A program made the translations under genes and the position numbers. DNA of 64,000 nt from Octopus sinensis (Eukaryota): assembly GCF_006345805.1 (NCBI RefSeq), contig NC_043006.1:55242001-55306000 (forward strand), written 5' to 3'. The notes beneath the pieces are model-generated. The model did not search any database. It saw only the letters and a program-made list of their open reading frames with translations, and was not told where the DNA came from. Each line of letters begins with the position of its first letter. The stretch's first letter is position 1. Shown piece by piece: positions 37,419 to 51,754 of the stretch.

Positions 37419-38981
37419 TAACCTAATATAGAATGATTTTCGTCATTTCTTTCCCTTTTGCCTGCGTGGTTTGTTTTCAAGTGCTTTGGTTTTTCTGGGA
37501 ACTCCCTTTAAAGTAGAAGGAATAGCTAAGATTTTTTGACTGCTATTTCTAAACTTCGGTGTGTGGTGAAGAAAATCATTGCTGAACCCTAATTATATAT
37601 ATATATATGAAAGGAAGACAGTATATTTGAAATAAATGAAATAACCACACAGGAAATTTATTATTAATATATTTGCAGAGACAAAACTAAAATGAAATAT
37701 TTCTTAAACCGTTTAAATGTTTAAAATCTCTAAAACACCTGTTGAAAAAATCATCCAATTGCTTGATTTTCTAGTGCATTTGAAAATATGTAATTTGTGT
37801 CGCACAAAACCTATTCATTATGAATGATATTGATTTTCGTTCTGAACATTGAAGGAGACGCAGATTCAGAAGTAGTTTTCTCTGAGATGCGATTATGATT
37901 CCTGATTTATAATCTTTTCAATGCACATGCGGCATTAATGTTCTTGGGGACGTCATAAACGTGACTACCGTCTATTTCTTCCTACCCTAAACAATACAGG
38001 ATTATAACGGCTCGTGTGTGCGCCGATAAGGAAATCAATTGGGTTCTGGTATCGGAAACCCCACCAAGCGGTCTATTTTCGGCGAAGTGCTGGGTATTTA
38101 TGCGACGAACTAGAGCTGGATATTAAAGGTAGGTACTAAAGCTTGACAACTAAATTAGAGATTAAAACTATATCTAGACATCAAACATAAGCACTAAAAC
38201 TACAGAGTGGAACTAAGTATTAGAGCCAGGTACAACATTCGACACGAGTTCTTGACGTTGAAGATAGTCACTAGAGTTCTTACACTCCCATTTCAGCCAT
38301 TCCATAAAGTACTTATTGCCACACAACCTGTGAAAAAAAGAGATATTCTATAATCAAGTTTATCGAGGCAGTTAAATAGAAGACTCGTTAGAGCGGGGAT
38401 CAACAAAATGATCAATATTGACCTCTAGGAGTCTATGTGGCTATCCAAGAGGTCGATAATACCAGAAACAATTTTGAGCATTAAGGGTGCAGAAATATAG
38501 CGAACTGAATCCGAAGAGCACAGTAATTTAAGGCTAAAACTCGCAAATTTCTTACCAAATATCAATGAAATTATTTGTGTTCATCAAGCACATATTTCGC
38601 ATTAAATATTCCGAATATGTCAAAATAAAATGACTGAATTTTTTGTTGCTCGTCATCAATTTCGTTAAGCACTTCTATAAAATTTCTTGAGAAATTTTTT
38701 ATTATAAAGTGGTGATTGCACAAAAGAATGAAAGATTTCTTGTTTTGAAATGGAGAAATTTTTTTATTAACTACGCATTTTAATATATTTTAGAAATTCA
38801 CGCGATAGAAATTGGTAAGTTACCAAATATTCCATGAAGTCAACGATATCAAGAGTTTGCTGACTACTGCGATTGAGGATAGGGTAAAAAAACCTTGGGG
38901 AATTTGTTCCAGCTCTTTTCGCCCCAAGTTCAAATCTTACTGAGAATAACTTTGACCATAATTCTTTCGGAGTCAATAAAG

Positions 38982-39202
38982 TACGAGAGGGTGCTGAAAA
39001 GTCCCTGGCGTTGGGTAAACGAAAATACAGGAGGATCAGTTAATTAGGATTTTGCTCAACATATTTCCTTCTGAAATTCACACACTTATTGCAGCAGTCC
39101 TTCAGTTTTTCTAAACCCTGTAAAAGAACTCGGAAGGTTGGGCCTCCAACCAGGCCTTCCGCGATACCCTTAAAGATAGGAACTTTTCAGGACCCCCTCG
39201 TA
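38982..39202. mobile_element. Mariner-derived MITE
   Basis: TA-CGAGAGGGTGCTGAAAAGTCCCT / AGGAACTTTTCAGGACCCCCTCG-TA imperfect TIRs with flanking TA. Confidence 0.85.
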
Positions 39203-39638
39203 AAGAACCAGTTAAATGTAATGGATTGATAGAATTGTTAGAGCATCAAACGAGATGCCTTGTGGTGTTTGTTCCAGGTCTTAGCATTTTGGGTACTTGG
39301 GAGGTTGACTAATTAGCAAGTCAGCTGGTTCAACACCACCATCTGTACTTGGATAACTTTATCGGAGTCCACTCTGTTGCAAGCATTCCAATCAAGTTTA
39401 AGTCTCCTTCCAACTAGTTTCCGAGCATTCCCACCTAAAAGTTCGAAGGCATTTTCCATCTCTCTCTAGCTAAACGGTCTAAAAATATTTTAAAAATTGA
39501 GCTGGATTTTCAAGTTAGAATAATTTGCACTTGGTTCTTTAGTGGAACAAGAAGGACATAGAAGTAATAGAAACAAATGAAACGTACACTGATTTATATA
39601 GTGCTCCCGCTGCTTCCAGCGGGTAGTAACACATGAAA

Positions 39639-39925
<287 letters not shown>

Positions 39926-39934
39926 AGTATGGCT

Positions 39935-40200
39935 TTCCGTCGCTTACAAGGAGTTTCCCACTTGATTCGATCAACGGAACAGCCTGTTCATGTAATTAAC
40001 ATGCAAGTAGCTGAGCACTCCACAAACACGCGTACCCTTAACGTAGTTCTCAGGGAGATTCAGCGTGACACAGAATGTCATAAGGCTAATCTTTGAAATA
40101 CACGTACAACTAATTTTTGCCAGCGGAGTGCATTGGAGCAATGTGAAATAAAGTGTCTCGCCCAAAGACGCAACCCGCTACCGAGAACAAAAGTCACGGC
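39935..40200 (-). mobile_element. CORE-like SINE (family of 29545)
   Basis: TTGATTCGATCAACGGAACAGCCTG...GTGAAATAAAGTGTCTCGCCCAA shared with 29570-29800. Confidence 0.8.
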
Positions 40201-41516
40201 CTTTTGATGATTAGCTGAATAGTCTGGTACTATGTACTCATTTATCTACAGTATCTCAGTGTATTACTCAAGTGTATTACTATTAATTCTATTGCATTTA
40301 ACTTCAATGTACTAATATGATGACTGCATGCTATAACAACTCTTTACGTTGATGTATGTCTACAATATAGAACTAGATAAATAATCAATGAGGAAACGTT
40401 AATCTACAACACAATTGATTGATGACATATTCAAAGTGGTATTTATTTCTTATAGACACACTACTCCTGCATGAAGTCGAGCTAATATTGATCACCTGGT
40501 GGAACATTTTGAAAAATCAAGCGTACAATCAATCACCAAAGTTACTAATACTATCGGTTCATTACAGAAAACTTCACCTTCGTATGGTACCCGAGATATT
40601 TTACTGAGCCATCGTGTTTCATAGAAATAGTTTCCCGTTGTTTTCTTTACTGTGAATGTTTTAATCATAAAAGTGTTAACGTTACCTGTTATGTTTTTTT
40701 TTTATTTTCTTGTGTGTGACTTAATGTAATTTTACTAATGAGAATTTAAGATTTAGGAATTGATTTGTAGGTTTCTAATTTAAAACAAAGTACATACAAA
40801 CGCGAGCATTCAAGCAAAAAGATTTTATATTCCATTAAATTATTCAATATTTAAAATACGAGAAAACAATAGGCGCAAAAGTGTACATTAACCCTTTTTA
40901 TTTTTGTTCGGCATCTTTATTTTCCATCTTAATTAGAATTTAATTATTTGAAATTAATCAATACAGTTTAGAATTATCATTTTGTTTTTAAAAATATAGT
41001 CTCAGGTAAATTTTTAATAGAAGAATAAATTCTAATTTAAATAAACTGCGGTATATATATGTATATTCTAACTATATTGGACGTATGGAATTAAATGTAA
41101 TTTATTTATTCCAATGCATTAATGCTTTCCATATTTCCCACGTTTTGATAAATTGTAAGAACGCCTCAGACAAAATATGTTCGAAATTAATTAGTATGTT
41201 GAAAATGAAGAAAAATATTTTTGAAAGCCAAAATGATTTGTTGACTCACCAACTGTAAGCCTCTTTGTAGTTAAGTATTGTAGTAGTAGTAGTAGTAGTT
41301 TAGATCCCTGTCTGATTAAGTAGATATATATAGGTAAAATACGGTGTCTGAACGGAAATGAAAATGAAAGACAATTTATATGTGACCAATTAATTCTAGG
41401 ATTATATTATCAAATATGTCCATTCTTCTTTTTATTGGTGGTAGGTTGTGATGATATTTGAGGGAGATTTTTACTGCTATTTCTGGTCGTAAATTAAAAT
41501 AACAACCACACGCACG

Positions 41517-42739
41517 TATTAGGTCAAATATGAAATTTGTAGTAAGGTATATGGTAAACTTTGGCAGCTGCTCATTTTGCGTCATTATTATATTTTGAAA
41601 ATCTTTATTTTTTGTTAGAAAGCTGCCATATCTGTTTCTTTATTCTAACTCATTTTGCGCTTTTATAAAGTATTTATAAATCGTTTTTGAAGTTTTTGTT
41701 TAGAGATGGATAAGTCGGAAATTCGTACAGTTTGGAAATATGAATTCTTTCTTGGAAATACAGCATCACAGATAGCTCGGAATATTAATGGAGTATTTCA
41801 TTCTAATATTATTATCCAGCAAACAGTATCAAATTGGTTTTCAAAATTTCGTTCTGGTAACTTTCACTTCACAAATGAGCAACGCGGTCGACCAGAAACA
41901 AAGGTGGATAATGACGAACTGAAAGCCACCGCCGAGTCAGATCCATCTCAAAGTACCTGTGAATTATTGTTGTTTGGTGTTAGCAAGCAAACAATGTTGA
42001 CTCACCTAGTTCAAATCGGTAAAGTGAAAGGGGTGGATAAGTGGGTTCCACATGTACTCAATGAAAATCAGAAGCAGTAACGTCTGGAAGCCTGCATTAT
42101 GCTACTTTCTCGTCACAAAAATTGATCATTTTTGAATCGAATTGTAACATGTGATGAGAAATGGATCTAATACAACAACCGTAAACGTTCAGCACAATGG
42201 TTGGACAAAGACGAGCCATCAAAACAGTCCAAAAAGCAAAATTCATCAAAAGAAGCTGATGATGTGTATTTGGTGGTCTGGCGCAGGTGTGATTCATTAT
42301 GATTTCATTAAACCTGGCTCAACAATCACGGCCTAGTATACTGTAGCCAACTGGACCAAATGATGCAGAAACTTACAAAAACAGCCTAGATTAGTAAACA
42401 GATCCACTCCTATTTTATTGCAAGACAACGCCAGACCACACATCGCAAAAGTGACATTGGCGAAACTACAGAAACTACTCACCTGATCTTGCCCCCACTG
42501 ACTACCACTTCAAGAATTTGGATAACTTTTTGATAGGTTAAAAACAGGCATTTCAAGATTTTATTTACTCTAGATTTCCGGGCTTTTACAGTTCCGGGCT
42601 GGACAAGCTATCTCTGAAATGGCAAAAGTGTATTGACAATAAAGGTGCATACTTTGATGAATGAAACTATTCCATGTATTTATAAAACATTACCAAACCT
42701 TTTCTCTTTTCTACAAATTTCATACTTGACGACCTAATA
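41517..42739 (+). mobile_element. Near full-length mariner (cecropia/Hsmar1-like) with both TIRs; transposase pseudogene at 41706-42660
   Basis: TA-TTAGGTCAAATATGAAATTTGTAG / CTACAAATTTCATACTTGACGACCTAA-TA; GRPETKVDNDEL, KWVPHVL, FLNRIVTCDEKW, LQDNARPH, SPDLAPTDYH; stops and deletions. Confidence 0.93.
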
Positions 42740-43002
42740 CATGCACATAAACATGCACACACATTCATGCATGCACATACATACATACTATCACACAAAC
42801 ACATAATTACACACATTCACATGCCAAGTGTAACCACTAATTTTGCAATAAAATAAATCTTCAAATCTTTAAATAAATTTTTGGTCACGTATTTGGAAAG
42901 GTGATTGAGCTTGATGAATTCTTAAGATAACGAAACAGTACGTACTTTAACACAAGCTAGTGAAAATAAAAACAAGCAAAAATCGAAACAAAAAAAAGAA
43001 CT

Positions 43003-43140
43003 TTGGCGTGGCTGTGTGGTTAAACGTTTGCTTCTCAAACACATGGTTCCGGGTTCACTCCCATTGCGTGGTACCTTGGGCAGCTGTCTTCTGTTTTAGC
43101 CTCGAGCCAACCGACAGAAACCGAAAGAAGCTCGTCAGGT
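43003..43140 (+). mobile_element. SINE 5' fragment (family of 28603)
   Basis: GTGGCTGTGTGGTTAA..ACATGGTTCCGGGTTCACTCCCATTGCGTGGTACCTTGGGCAG. Confidence 0.75.
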
Positions 43141-43836
43141 ATATATATATATACATACTTTTTATACTTTTTAATGGCTACCCAGAATATATAATATATT
43201 ATATTACTTAAATTCGTATAAATATATTTACCCTTACATTTATTTATTACATAAACATACCGTTAAAATACACGGTTTATTACTATTTTTCTTCTTTTTA
43301 TATTTTTTTTATACTTTTAATGTTTTCCCATACTTACTTCTCCAAACATACTACCTTTCCCACTTTATAAGTTTTATACCATGTTTTTCTATGAAACAAT
43401 ACTTAGATGGTATAGTTCGTACACTTAACAACACACAAAAATGTAATAGTATATCTTTTTTTTCTACCTCTGACGAGATTCAACTTTATAATGATTTAAT
43501 TATTTTAATTAATTTCTAAAGTTTAATTCAAAAGAGCTGTCAGAGATTATGTCTATTTTTGTAATTAAAAGATAATTATTAATTATTTATTTTTCTTATA
43601 TAAAATTAGAATGAAACGTGCGTAGTCTTTTTACGACTGTTTACTATTTATTGTATTTTATTGGTTTAAAATAAGGGTTTTTATAGTATATCTTTTCTAT
43701 ATGGTGTGAATAACATGTTTCTTTATTGAATTGTTTAATAGTGGCTTTTCTCTAAATTATATATATATATATTATCTTATATATATATATATATAGACAT
43801 ATATATATAGACATATATATGTCTCTCTCTCTCTCC

Positions 43837-43867
<31 letters not shown>

Positions 43868-43962
43868 CATATATACAATTAATTAAGGGTAGAAATTGAT
43901 ATTTATCAATTAAGACCAGTGGTCTAGCATATTAAAAAAGAATCCGAAGATTAAAATATTTA

Positions 43963-44578
43963 TATATACCAATTAAGGACTGAACACGAAAAGTGGACAG
44001 TCAACATGCTAGATATAGACGTCAAATCGCCATTCACCACAAAAGATTATGTTCTCAGATCAAACTCAACACAAAACCATAGCAATAAACAAGTGAAAAA
44101 TATACGAAATAAAATAATTACCCATGTACTAAATTAGTTTCAGCTGTTATTTTCCGCAAGGAAAACTGCAGCCATCATCAGCATGGTCCGTTATAAATGT
44201 AATTTGCTGGACTAGATGCAAACACGATACCGAAATATCGCGTGCATGGAGTTCAGCCTATTACATTTGAATATATCTTTCAAATGCCTTTACTTTGGCG
44301 CGATATTTCGGTATCGTGTTTGCATCTAGTCCAGCAAATTACATTTATAACGGACCATGCTGATGATGGCTGCAGTTTTCCTTGCGGAAAATAACAGCTG
44401 AAACTAATTTAGTACATGGGTAATTATTTTATTTCGTATATTTTTCACTTGTTTATTGCTATGGTTTTGTGTTGAGTTTGATCTGAGAACATAATCTTTT
44501 GTGGTGAATGGCGATTTGACGTCTATATCTAGCATGTTGACTGTCCACTTTTCGTGTTCAGTCCTTAATTGGTATATA
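43963..44578. repeat. Perfect inverted repeat with 280-bp arms and a 56-nt spacer
   Basis: 43963-44242 is the exact reverse complement of 44299-44578 (compared line by line). Confidence 0.95.
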
Positions 44579-44726
44579 CATATATACATATATATATGTC
44601 TATATATATATATATATATACATACACACACACATATACACACAATACACATAGATATATATGTATACTTGCCTCTCTCCTCAGTTCTTTCTTCTTACTC
44701 GCATCACTTTCTTCGTTCAACCTACT

Positions 44727-45272
44727 TCCGGAAAGTTCGTGCCGATTTTTAAAGGAAAGAAAAAGGTCAATAAATACTTGCCATTACATTTTTAATCAAC
44801 TAAATACGAACCATTTTGTTGCACAATGCGTCTCCATCTTTCCTTTAACTTCCTAGAATTGAGGTGGTTTCATGGCAAAGAATTCATCAAGGTATCTTTT
44901 TACGTCATCCAAGGAATTGAAATTTTTACCATTAAGACTATTCTGCAGAGACCTGAATAAGTGGAAATCCGAAGGAGCAACATCTGGTGAATATGGATGG
45001 TGGGGTAACACATCCCAGCCGAGCTGCAGCAATTTTTGTCTGGTTCCCAAAACATCAAGTGCCGAAAATGAAGTTTCTTATCTTCCATTTTAAAGGGTTA
45101 CAGAACTAACACAGGTTATAGGAACATAAATCTTCTTTCACAAAAATATAGCTTAAACTATGTTCTAAATGGAGGTGTGGTCAAATACTATTTTATGGAC
45201 TCAACCATGTTCAAAAATAAGTCGAAAGATAAGCTACTATAAATCGGCACGAACTTTCCGGACAACCCAATA
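44727..45272 (-). mobile_element. Internally deleted mariner (mellifera-like), non-autonomous
   Basis: TIR TATTGGGTTGTCCGGAAAGTTCGTGCCGATTT; MEDKKLHFRHLMFW joined directly to TRQKLLQLGWDVLPHHPYSPDVAPSDFHLFRSLQ; the second TIR is truncated at 44727. Confidence 0.9.
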
Positions 45273-45685
45273 CTTTGATGGATGCATAAAATCGTAACTC
45301 CATGCATATATGAGTGTATGATATTTCCAGTCAGAAATATTTTTGCAAAACTGACGTATGTGGGGCTTACTACACTTTTGAAAAATGCGAAACCGTTGTA
45401 TAACACTTTGACAATTTTCATCTGAAGCAGCTGGAGATATGATAGTTTGACCAAAAGAACCGGCTATTGCAAGCAAAATTAAATATCGTAAAAAACAACG
45501 CATTCGGCCAAATTTGGACATACGACAGTTTAACATAATAGCAACGATATGTATTTGTAAGCGTTTGCATATATATGTATGCGTGGATGTCTCAATGAGA
45601 TTGTATGTATTTACAGTGCCATGATCGCGCGTATCTACGTATGAGTATGTATGCATGCATGCATGTATGTATGTATGTATGTATG

Positions 45686-45716
<31 letters not shown>

Positions 45717-46658
45717 TTATCTACGTCTGTATATGTTTTTATCTATGTTTTTATCCTTGTATATTTACTTGTATTTTCCATTTTTGAATTTTCAATATAT
45801 TTCAATATCACTTATTTTTTATCTGATTTTTTAAACACCTGTCTTGCGATCCTATTAATTAATCTTTATCAATTAATTGATTATTTGCTGAACTCATCGC
45901 CCTCTCTAAACAAGATTTTTTTTTCGATCTTATTATAATATATTTATGTGTACCTTACTGGTAATTATAAAACACCGCCCAAACACACCGCTGGTAACGA
46001 ATATTATACCTCTGTTTTGAAAATCAACTACCCAATCAAATTTAAGTGCTTATTCGTGTATTTGAATTACATTACATCACACTGTATTACATGTGCCATC
46101 ACAATTCTAATTCGGTTTTCATCACAACTTCCCAACGAAAGGGAACGTGAAACTCTGAGTAACAGTCTTGTGATAATTTTGCGGTTTTAATGAAAGCATA
46201 TTACTCTACCTTTGGTATTCGAGTACTATTTTTCCCACGTTGTTTTGTACTTATCTATAATATAAATTGGACATGGGCGATCGTTGTATTCTTTCTTGTC
46301 TTGGGGTTCACAGCCAAACGACTGGCTGGATTCGCGTGAAAAATGGCACACATGTGGAGACAGGTACATAGATTGGAATGCGGTTTGTATTTTTTCCTAG
46401 CCCCCCCCACACTTACCGAGAAAATCGATTAAAACTTTTTCTAATGGAATTCCCCTCTTTCTTCCGCCATTAAAACAACCAGTTGTTTTCTGACGGGGCG
46501 GGGTCAGAAAATTTTCATGCAGCTGGAGGCTCCAATCGAAACAGGGGACCCGAAATGATAAGGTTGAGAAACGCTGTTATATAGATTATGCCTAATCGAA
46601 AACGATCACAGCTACATCATCCAAACATACCTGGTAAAACTGGGCTTAGCTGCTAGAA

Positions 46659-46693
<35 letters not shown>

Positions 46694-49329
46694 ATGTATA
46701 TATATATGTATTACTCAATCCGGCATACAACATTGTGTAAAGTGTTTTACACATGCCGACGACCGGGGGCTCACCAGGTGACTGTGCGAGTGAACGCGAT
46801 TTTCCGGACAGGTTTAGTATTAAGAAATGAATTCGAAACAGCTGTAATGTTTCACATTTCCCCTTTAATCTCTACTTTGAGGAGATGATGTGTAAGTTAT
46901 CGGATGATTTCTCCTAGGTTGTTATATGTATCAGCGTCTGGGAGATAATTAACTTTCGTTATGTTGGAAACATTGTGCGGTGAGCTCCAGTGTCTGATTA
47001 ACAAAGTCGGCTGAATTTCTTGTAAATTGCAATCAGATGCCACTTGAGAATCATAGTAGGTGATCATACGATACGATACCAAGGTATCAAGCTAGAGAAT
47101 GTCGACAAGTTCATGTAGTTGACGTAATGGAAAATAGCAAGGAATTTTTTTCCAACTTACAAAAAGATTCTGTCAGAATTTTATGAGACCGTGAGAACAG
47201 CACAACTCTCTTCTTACTTTGCATTATGCTATCCTACTACAAAACACTGTTTCACAACGGAAGGAAGAACATCCACGGCAGGTATTCATAGATATTTGTT
47301 AACCTTAATGCCATACGTGTCACATTAATCATTTGCTGGAATTAGAGATGATTGATGGCGTAATAGTCACACGCTAATTACAATAAATTACATAAACCCC
47401 GCTTGCGGGTATTATTTATTCTGAATGACTATCACAGTTTCCACTGAAATTATCCATACCTTTACACACACACACACACACCACACACACACACACATAG
47501 AGAAGGAGAGAGTGGGGAGACACTACCTTTCTTTCAAGACGATTTTAAACTAAGGAAATTTTTAACGTTGAAATAGTTTCGTGACTATTTTGTTCACATT
47601 TGTTCCTGTCTTTATTTTCTGTAGGAATTAAAATTTACTGCAGTTACAAATTTATAATTGTTAGTTGTTCTATTTCGTAGACTACTGCTGAACTAATTTT
47701 AGCTGATGCATGCATGAATTGAAATAAATTGATTTTCGTGACATCTCATAACCTCTAGTTTTCTTTCCAATTCTAATTAAAATCAAATTAACTGAAATTA
47801 GTGAATACCGTTTAGTATTGACATTTTTTTTAGTATTGAAATCTTTTTTCAGTGAAAGATTAAATTCACTTAAGTAAATTTCATTATATTATTGATATAT
47901 ATTTAAAACTAGGTGCAACGAATTGAATACTGTAATTCATTAATCCCACTTTACTAATATCTATTGTATACGTTCCTCCACTAGATAAATTATAATATTA
48001 CCTCATTCAAAATGTATGAGTGATGTTTACCTAGAAATGAATTAATCTACTCCAATCAAAATGCTAATATTTTCTTAAGCCTAAACGGTTTGCTGGATCA
48101 CCACGAAAGGTTTCATTTCAGGTAGTGTTGTTGTTGGTGTTTTCATATAGACATATCCTATGAAGAACACTCACAAATAAAAAGTAATCCAGATGTGACT
48201 ATTCAGATTTACATTTTTTGAGTATTAGATTTCTTTTTTTTCTTTTTAAGATGGTTGGGCGTGATTTAAGAGAGTTGTTTCGTGACTATTTTATTCTCGT
48301 TCTTCTTTTTATATTCTGCAGGAATTTTAAATTCTTGCTGTTTCATTTCACATCTCTTAGTTTGTTTATGTAGAATTGTGCAACTGCATTCTTGAATTAT
48401 TGGCGATTGATTTCCAAGGTTACTTATGTTATGTAATTAGCTAAAGTAAGCTGACGGTATCATAGGTTTGATTAAAAAAAAAGACAATTGCATAGGGGAC
48501 GTCACCCCTCGAATGTATGAAAACTGAAATGACAGAAGAGGCAGGCGAACAAATTCTGAAGTCACTGGCTCAAAATGTGTTGTGGTGATACATTTTTGTG
48601 TTTAAAAGATGGACTCGTCGGAACTCTTATAAAGAATAACGTTTATCGTTGATGACAACAGAGGGCGTTTTGGAGTCTCGCGCAGCAGTAGTAGAAGTAC
48701 GTCATGTGAAGACATTTTTTTTACCTCTGCTTCATTAAATGTATCCAAACGTTAAGGATATAAAAGTAAGTACGATAGGTATGTAGCATTTTCAGAGCAC
48801 TCTCCTGATGTAAATGAACTGGTGGGTAGCTAGTTTGACAAGGTTTGGTAATTCATTGCGTACATAAGCATTGCGTACTTAATGCATGAAGAGCATTAGA
48901 AGACAACAGAAAAGCAACTGAGACGCTGGTCTTTCTGCAGCTGATTTGCAGCTCATCCAAATACTGATTACAGAGTAGAAAAAATGAACTCCTCATGATA
49001 AGATTAGCTGATGATGATTGTAGTCCAAACCCTAATAGTTGGTGGATGTTTACTCTCGGAAAATTTTGCTCTGTAAACTTGGAACAAAAAAACATTAACA
49101 ACTAGGAGAATTTATAGAGGAAAGAGGAGAAAAAAATGATTAACATCATAGTAATATTTAAAACTAAATGAAAAGGTGAAAAACTTCATGAGAAAACCAC
49201 CCAATGTTGTATTATGGTGGAAAGAAGCATCGAAAAGGAATGAAAATCGTAATGGTTTCAATCCTTGACTCAATGTCAGAAATCTTAGGGGCAGTAGTAA
49301 GTCAAGTACAATAACCTCAATACTTAACT

Positions 49330-49912
49330 GTTACTTTATTTTATCGACCCTGCAAGGATGAAAGGCAAAATTTACCTCGTCGATATTTGAGCTCAGAACG
49401 TAAGGTACTGGACAATTGTTGCACAGCATTTTGTCCGAAGGTGCTAACGATTCTGTCTGCTCACCGCTTTTGGAGTGAGAATCATAAGTATCATAATTCT
49501 TTCTGCTAAAGGCATAGCGCCAGAAATTTTGTGGGGAGGGTCTGCTCAATTACATTGACTTCAGTGCACACTTAGTTCTTATTTTATCGACATCGAAAGG
49601 ATAAAAGTTAAAGTCGACCTCGTCGGAATTTGAACTCAACACGCTAAGCATTTTGTCTGGCGAGCTAACAATTCTGCCAACTCGTCGCCTTAATATGATA
49701 ATAATAGTCCTTTCTACTAAAGGCACAAAGTCTGAATTTTGTGGGAGGTGATTAGTCGATTACATCGATCCGAGTGTTTCACTGGTACTTAATTTATCGA
49801 TCCCGAATGATGTAAGGCAAAGTCGGTTGAATTTGAATTCAGAACGTAAAAACGGACGAAATGCCGTTAAGCATTTTGCCCGGCGTGTTAACGATTCTGC
49901 CAGATCACCGCC
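49330..49912 (-). mobile_element. Three head-to-tail copies of a tRNA-derived Meta-domain-like SINE
   Basis: Repeated ATCGAC..GAAAGGATGAAAGGCAAAGTCG..GAATTTGAACTCAGAACG..GCATTTTG..CTGCCAGCTC.CCGCC blocks at about 49330, 49490 and 49700. Confidence 0.85.
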
Positions 49913-50099
<187 letters not shown>

Positions 50100-51690
50100 C
50101 TTTATCTCTTATTCTGTATATTCTTTCCAGCATTATTCTTATGCTTTTCTTCTGCAATTCCCCTCTACTCAATCTATCAACTTGTCCTAAATGTCTTTAT
50201 AACTTTGTCTGTCACTCACAAATTCTTCTATGCCAGTATGGTTCTTTAAATTCTCTTTTTTCTTTTCTTTTGCATCCAACTTTAGCTGCCACAACCATAG
50301 CTGCAGTTCAAATAATCTTGTTAGTTTCAGTTATATTTCTCGTCTGGAAAACCCCAAGAGCCGAAACTATCTTTTCGGTTTCAACCTTGAGCTTGCGTTA
50401 GTCAATGTACCTCAGGTTGGCGGGGGAGGGGGGTCCTTGATCCTGGGCTTCTCTAAAATATCGGCACAGCATTCACACTGTGTCTTGTTGGTCATCATCG
50501 TATTCTTATGATATAGCTCTTCCTATTACTTCTGTTTCATTTACTGAGAATGCATATACACTTCATTCTCCTTTTTCACTGCTGCCTTTCATTATTCTGC
50601 TCTCACTAGGCACGTTATCTCTACTTTCCATTTTATCTCTTTTATTTCTATGTCTGTTAACCACACTTTTGCTTTTATTGCTCTTGCCTGGTCGGCTAAC
50701 CGTTGCTCTTTTGTTTCGAAGAGTCCTATCTCATTCCACTTTGCTTTCATTCGTACTCAGAATCCCCTTCTGTTGGGTTCACTCCTGATCCAGCATCCAA
50801 TTACCGCTCGCTTTGCCTCCTTATCCCACCTTCTGTGTCTCTGTTTGGTTCACAAGCAGTCTCTGCATGACGACTGCGCCTGCGCTGCTCAACCACAGAG
50901 CACCTGTTGGGCAAAAGACTTTCACCATTGGTTCTAACCTCATTAACACGATTATTTGATGTATTTGTATTAGATATTTTCATTCAACATTGAGTTATGC
51001 GTTTTAAGATTAGCCACCAACCGGTACTTTTATCGAGACACCATCTCTAGTAAGATTGCCAACCAAGACTGCAGAGCTCTTACTACCCATAAGTTTGGCC
51101 TGTTCCTTTCGCATTTCTGTGTGTTAGGGACCATGATTCTCTCTAGGAGACAGGTGAGCGTCATTTGGTCCCACATCTTCGTTCAAATATTGCTCCAAAC
51201 TTAAGTCCCGATTCGCGGTTCATTCGCCTTCATTCTAGGCGAGTCCTATCTACTCCAGTTTTAAATCAGCGTATTCCTTCTCCTAGACAGACTGCCAACC
51301 AAGACTCACGAGTTCTGTTTACCCGTTTTCGGAATGGCCATTGACTCTTCTGCGTTCCTCTCCCCTTTGTCGGGCTTTGCTTTTAATCTCGCAGGGTGTC
51401 AAAAATTCACCCTCCTCACCAAGCTTTGTGGGGTTGCCAGTTTAGTCGCCGACGATTCAAATGTTTCACAACGCCACTTGTTAATTATTCTGAAATCATT
51501 GCCCATATCCCGAACGAATGCCCTAGACTTGCCCAAAACCACTACAAGTAGCGACACGATCAGGTAGCGTAAGTGCTACATTGGAAACTGCGCGAAAAGT
51601 GGGGGCTAGAGAGAGGCAAAACGTAGTATGAGCACAAACCGCAGAGAGTGGCAGAGTCGGAGACTGGCAAAATCCCCTACGATTTCCCAA
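50100..51690 (-). mobile_element. R4/Dong-like LINE 5' portion (5' UTR plus N-terminal ORF), 3'-truncated
   Basis: RRWDKEAKRAVIGCWIRSEPNRRG..RMKAKWNEIGLFETKEQRLADQARAI..WLTDIEI; TRNITETNKII; PYWHRRI. Confidence 0.8.
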
Positions 51691-51693
51691 TCC

Positions 51694-51740
<47 letters not shown>

Positions 51741-51754
51741 TAATTATAATGATC

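Noticed and set aside
39310-39460. Short minus-strand frame MENAFELLGGNARKLVGRRLKLDWNACNRVDS as a possible host exon
   Set aside because: Only 48 codons, weak splice sites and no recognised homology; it would need RNA-seq or BLASTX
44243-44298. Palindrome spacer as a missed PacBio hairpin adapter
   Set aside because: The sequence does not resemble the adapter and the symmetry stops after 280 bp; other fold-back artefacts are not excluded
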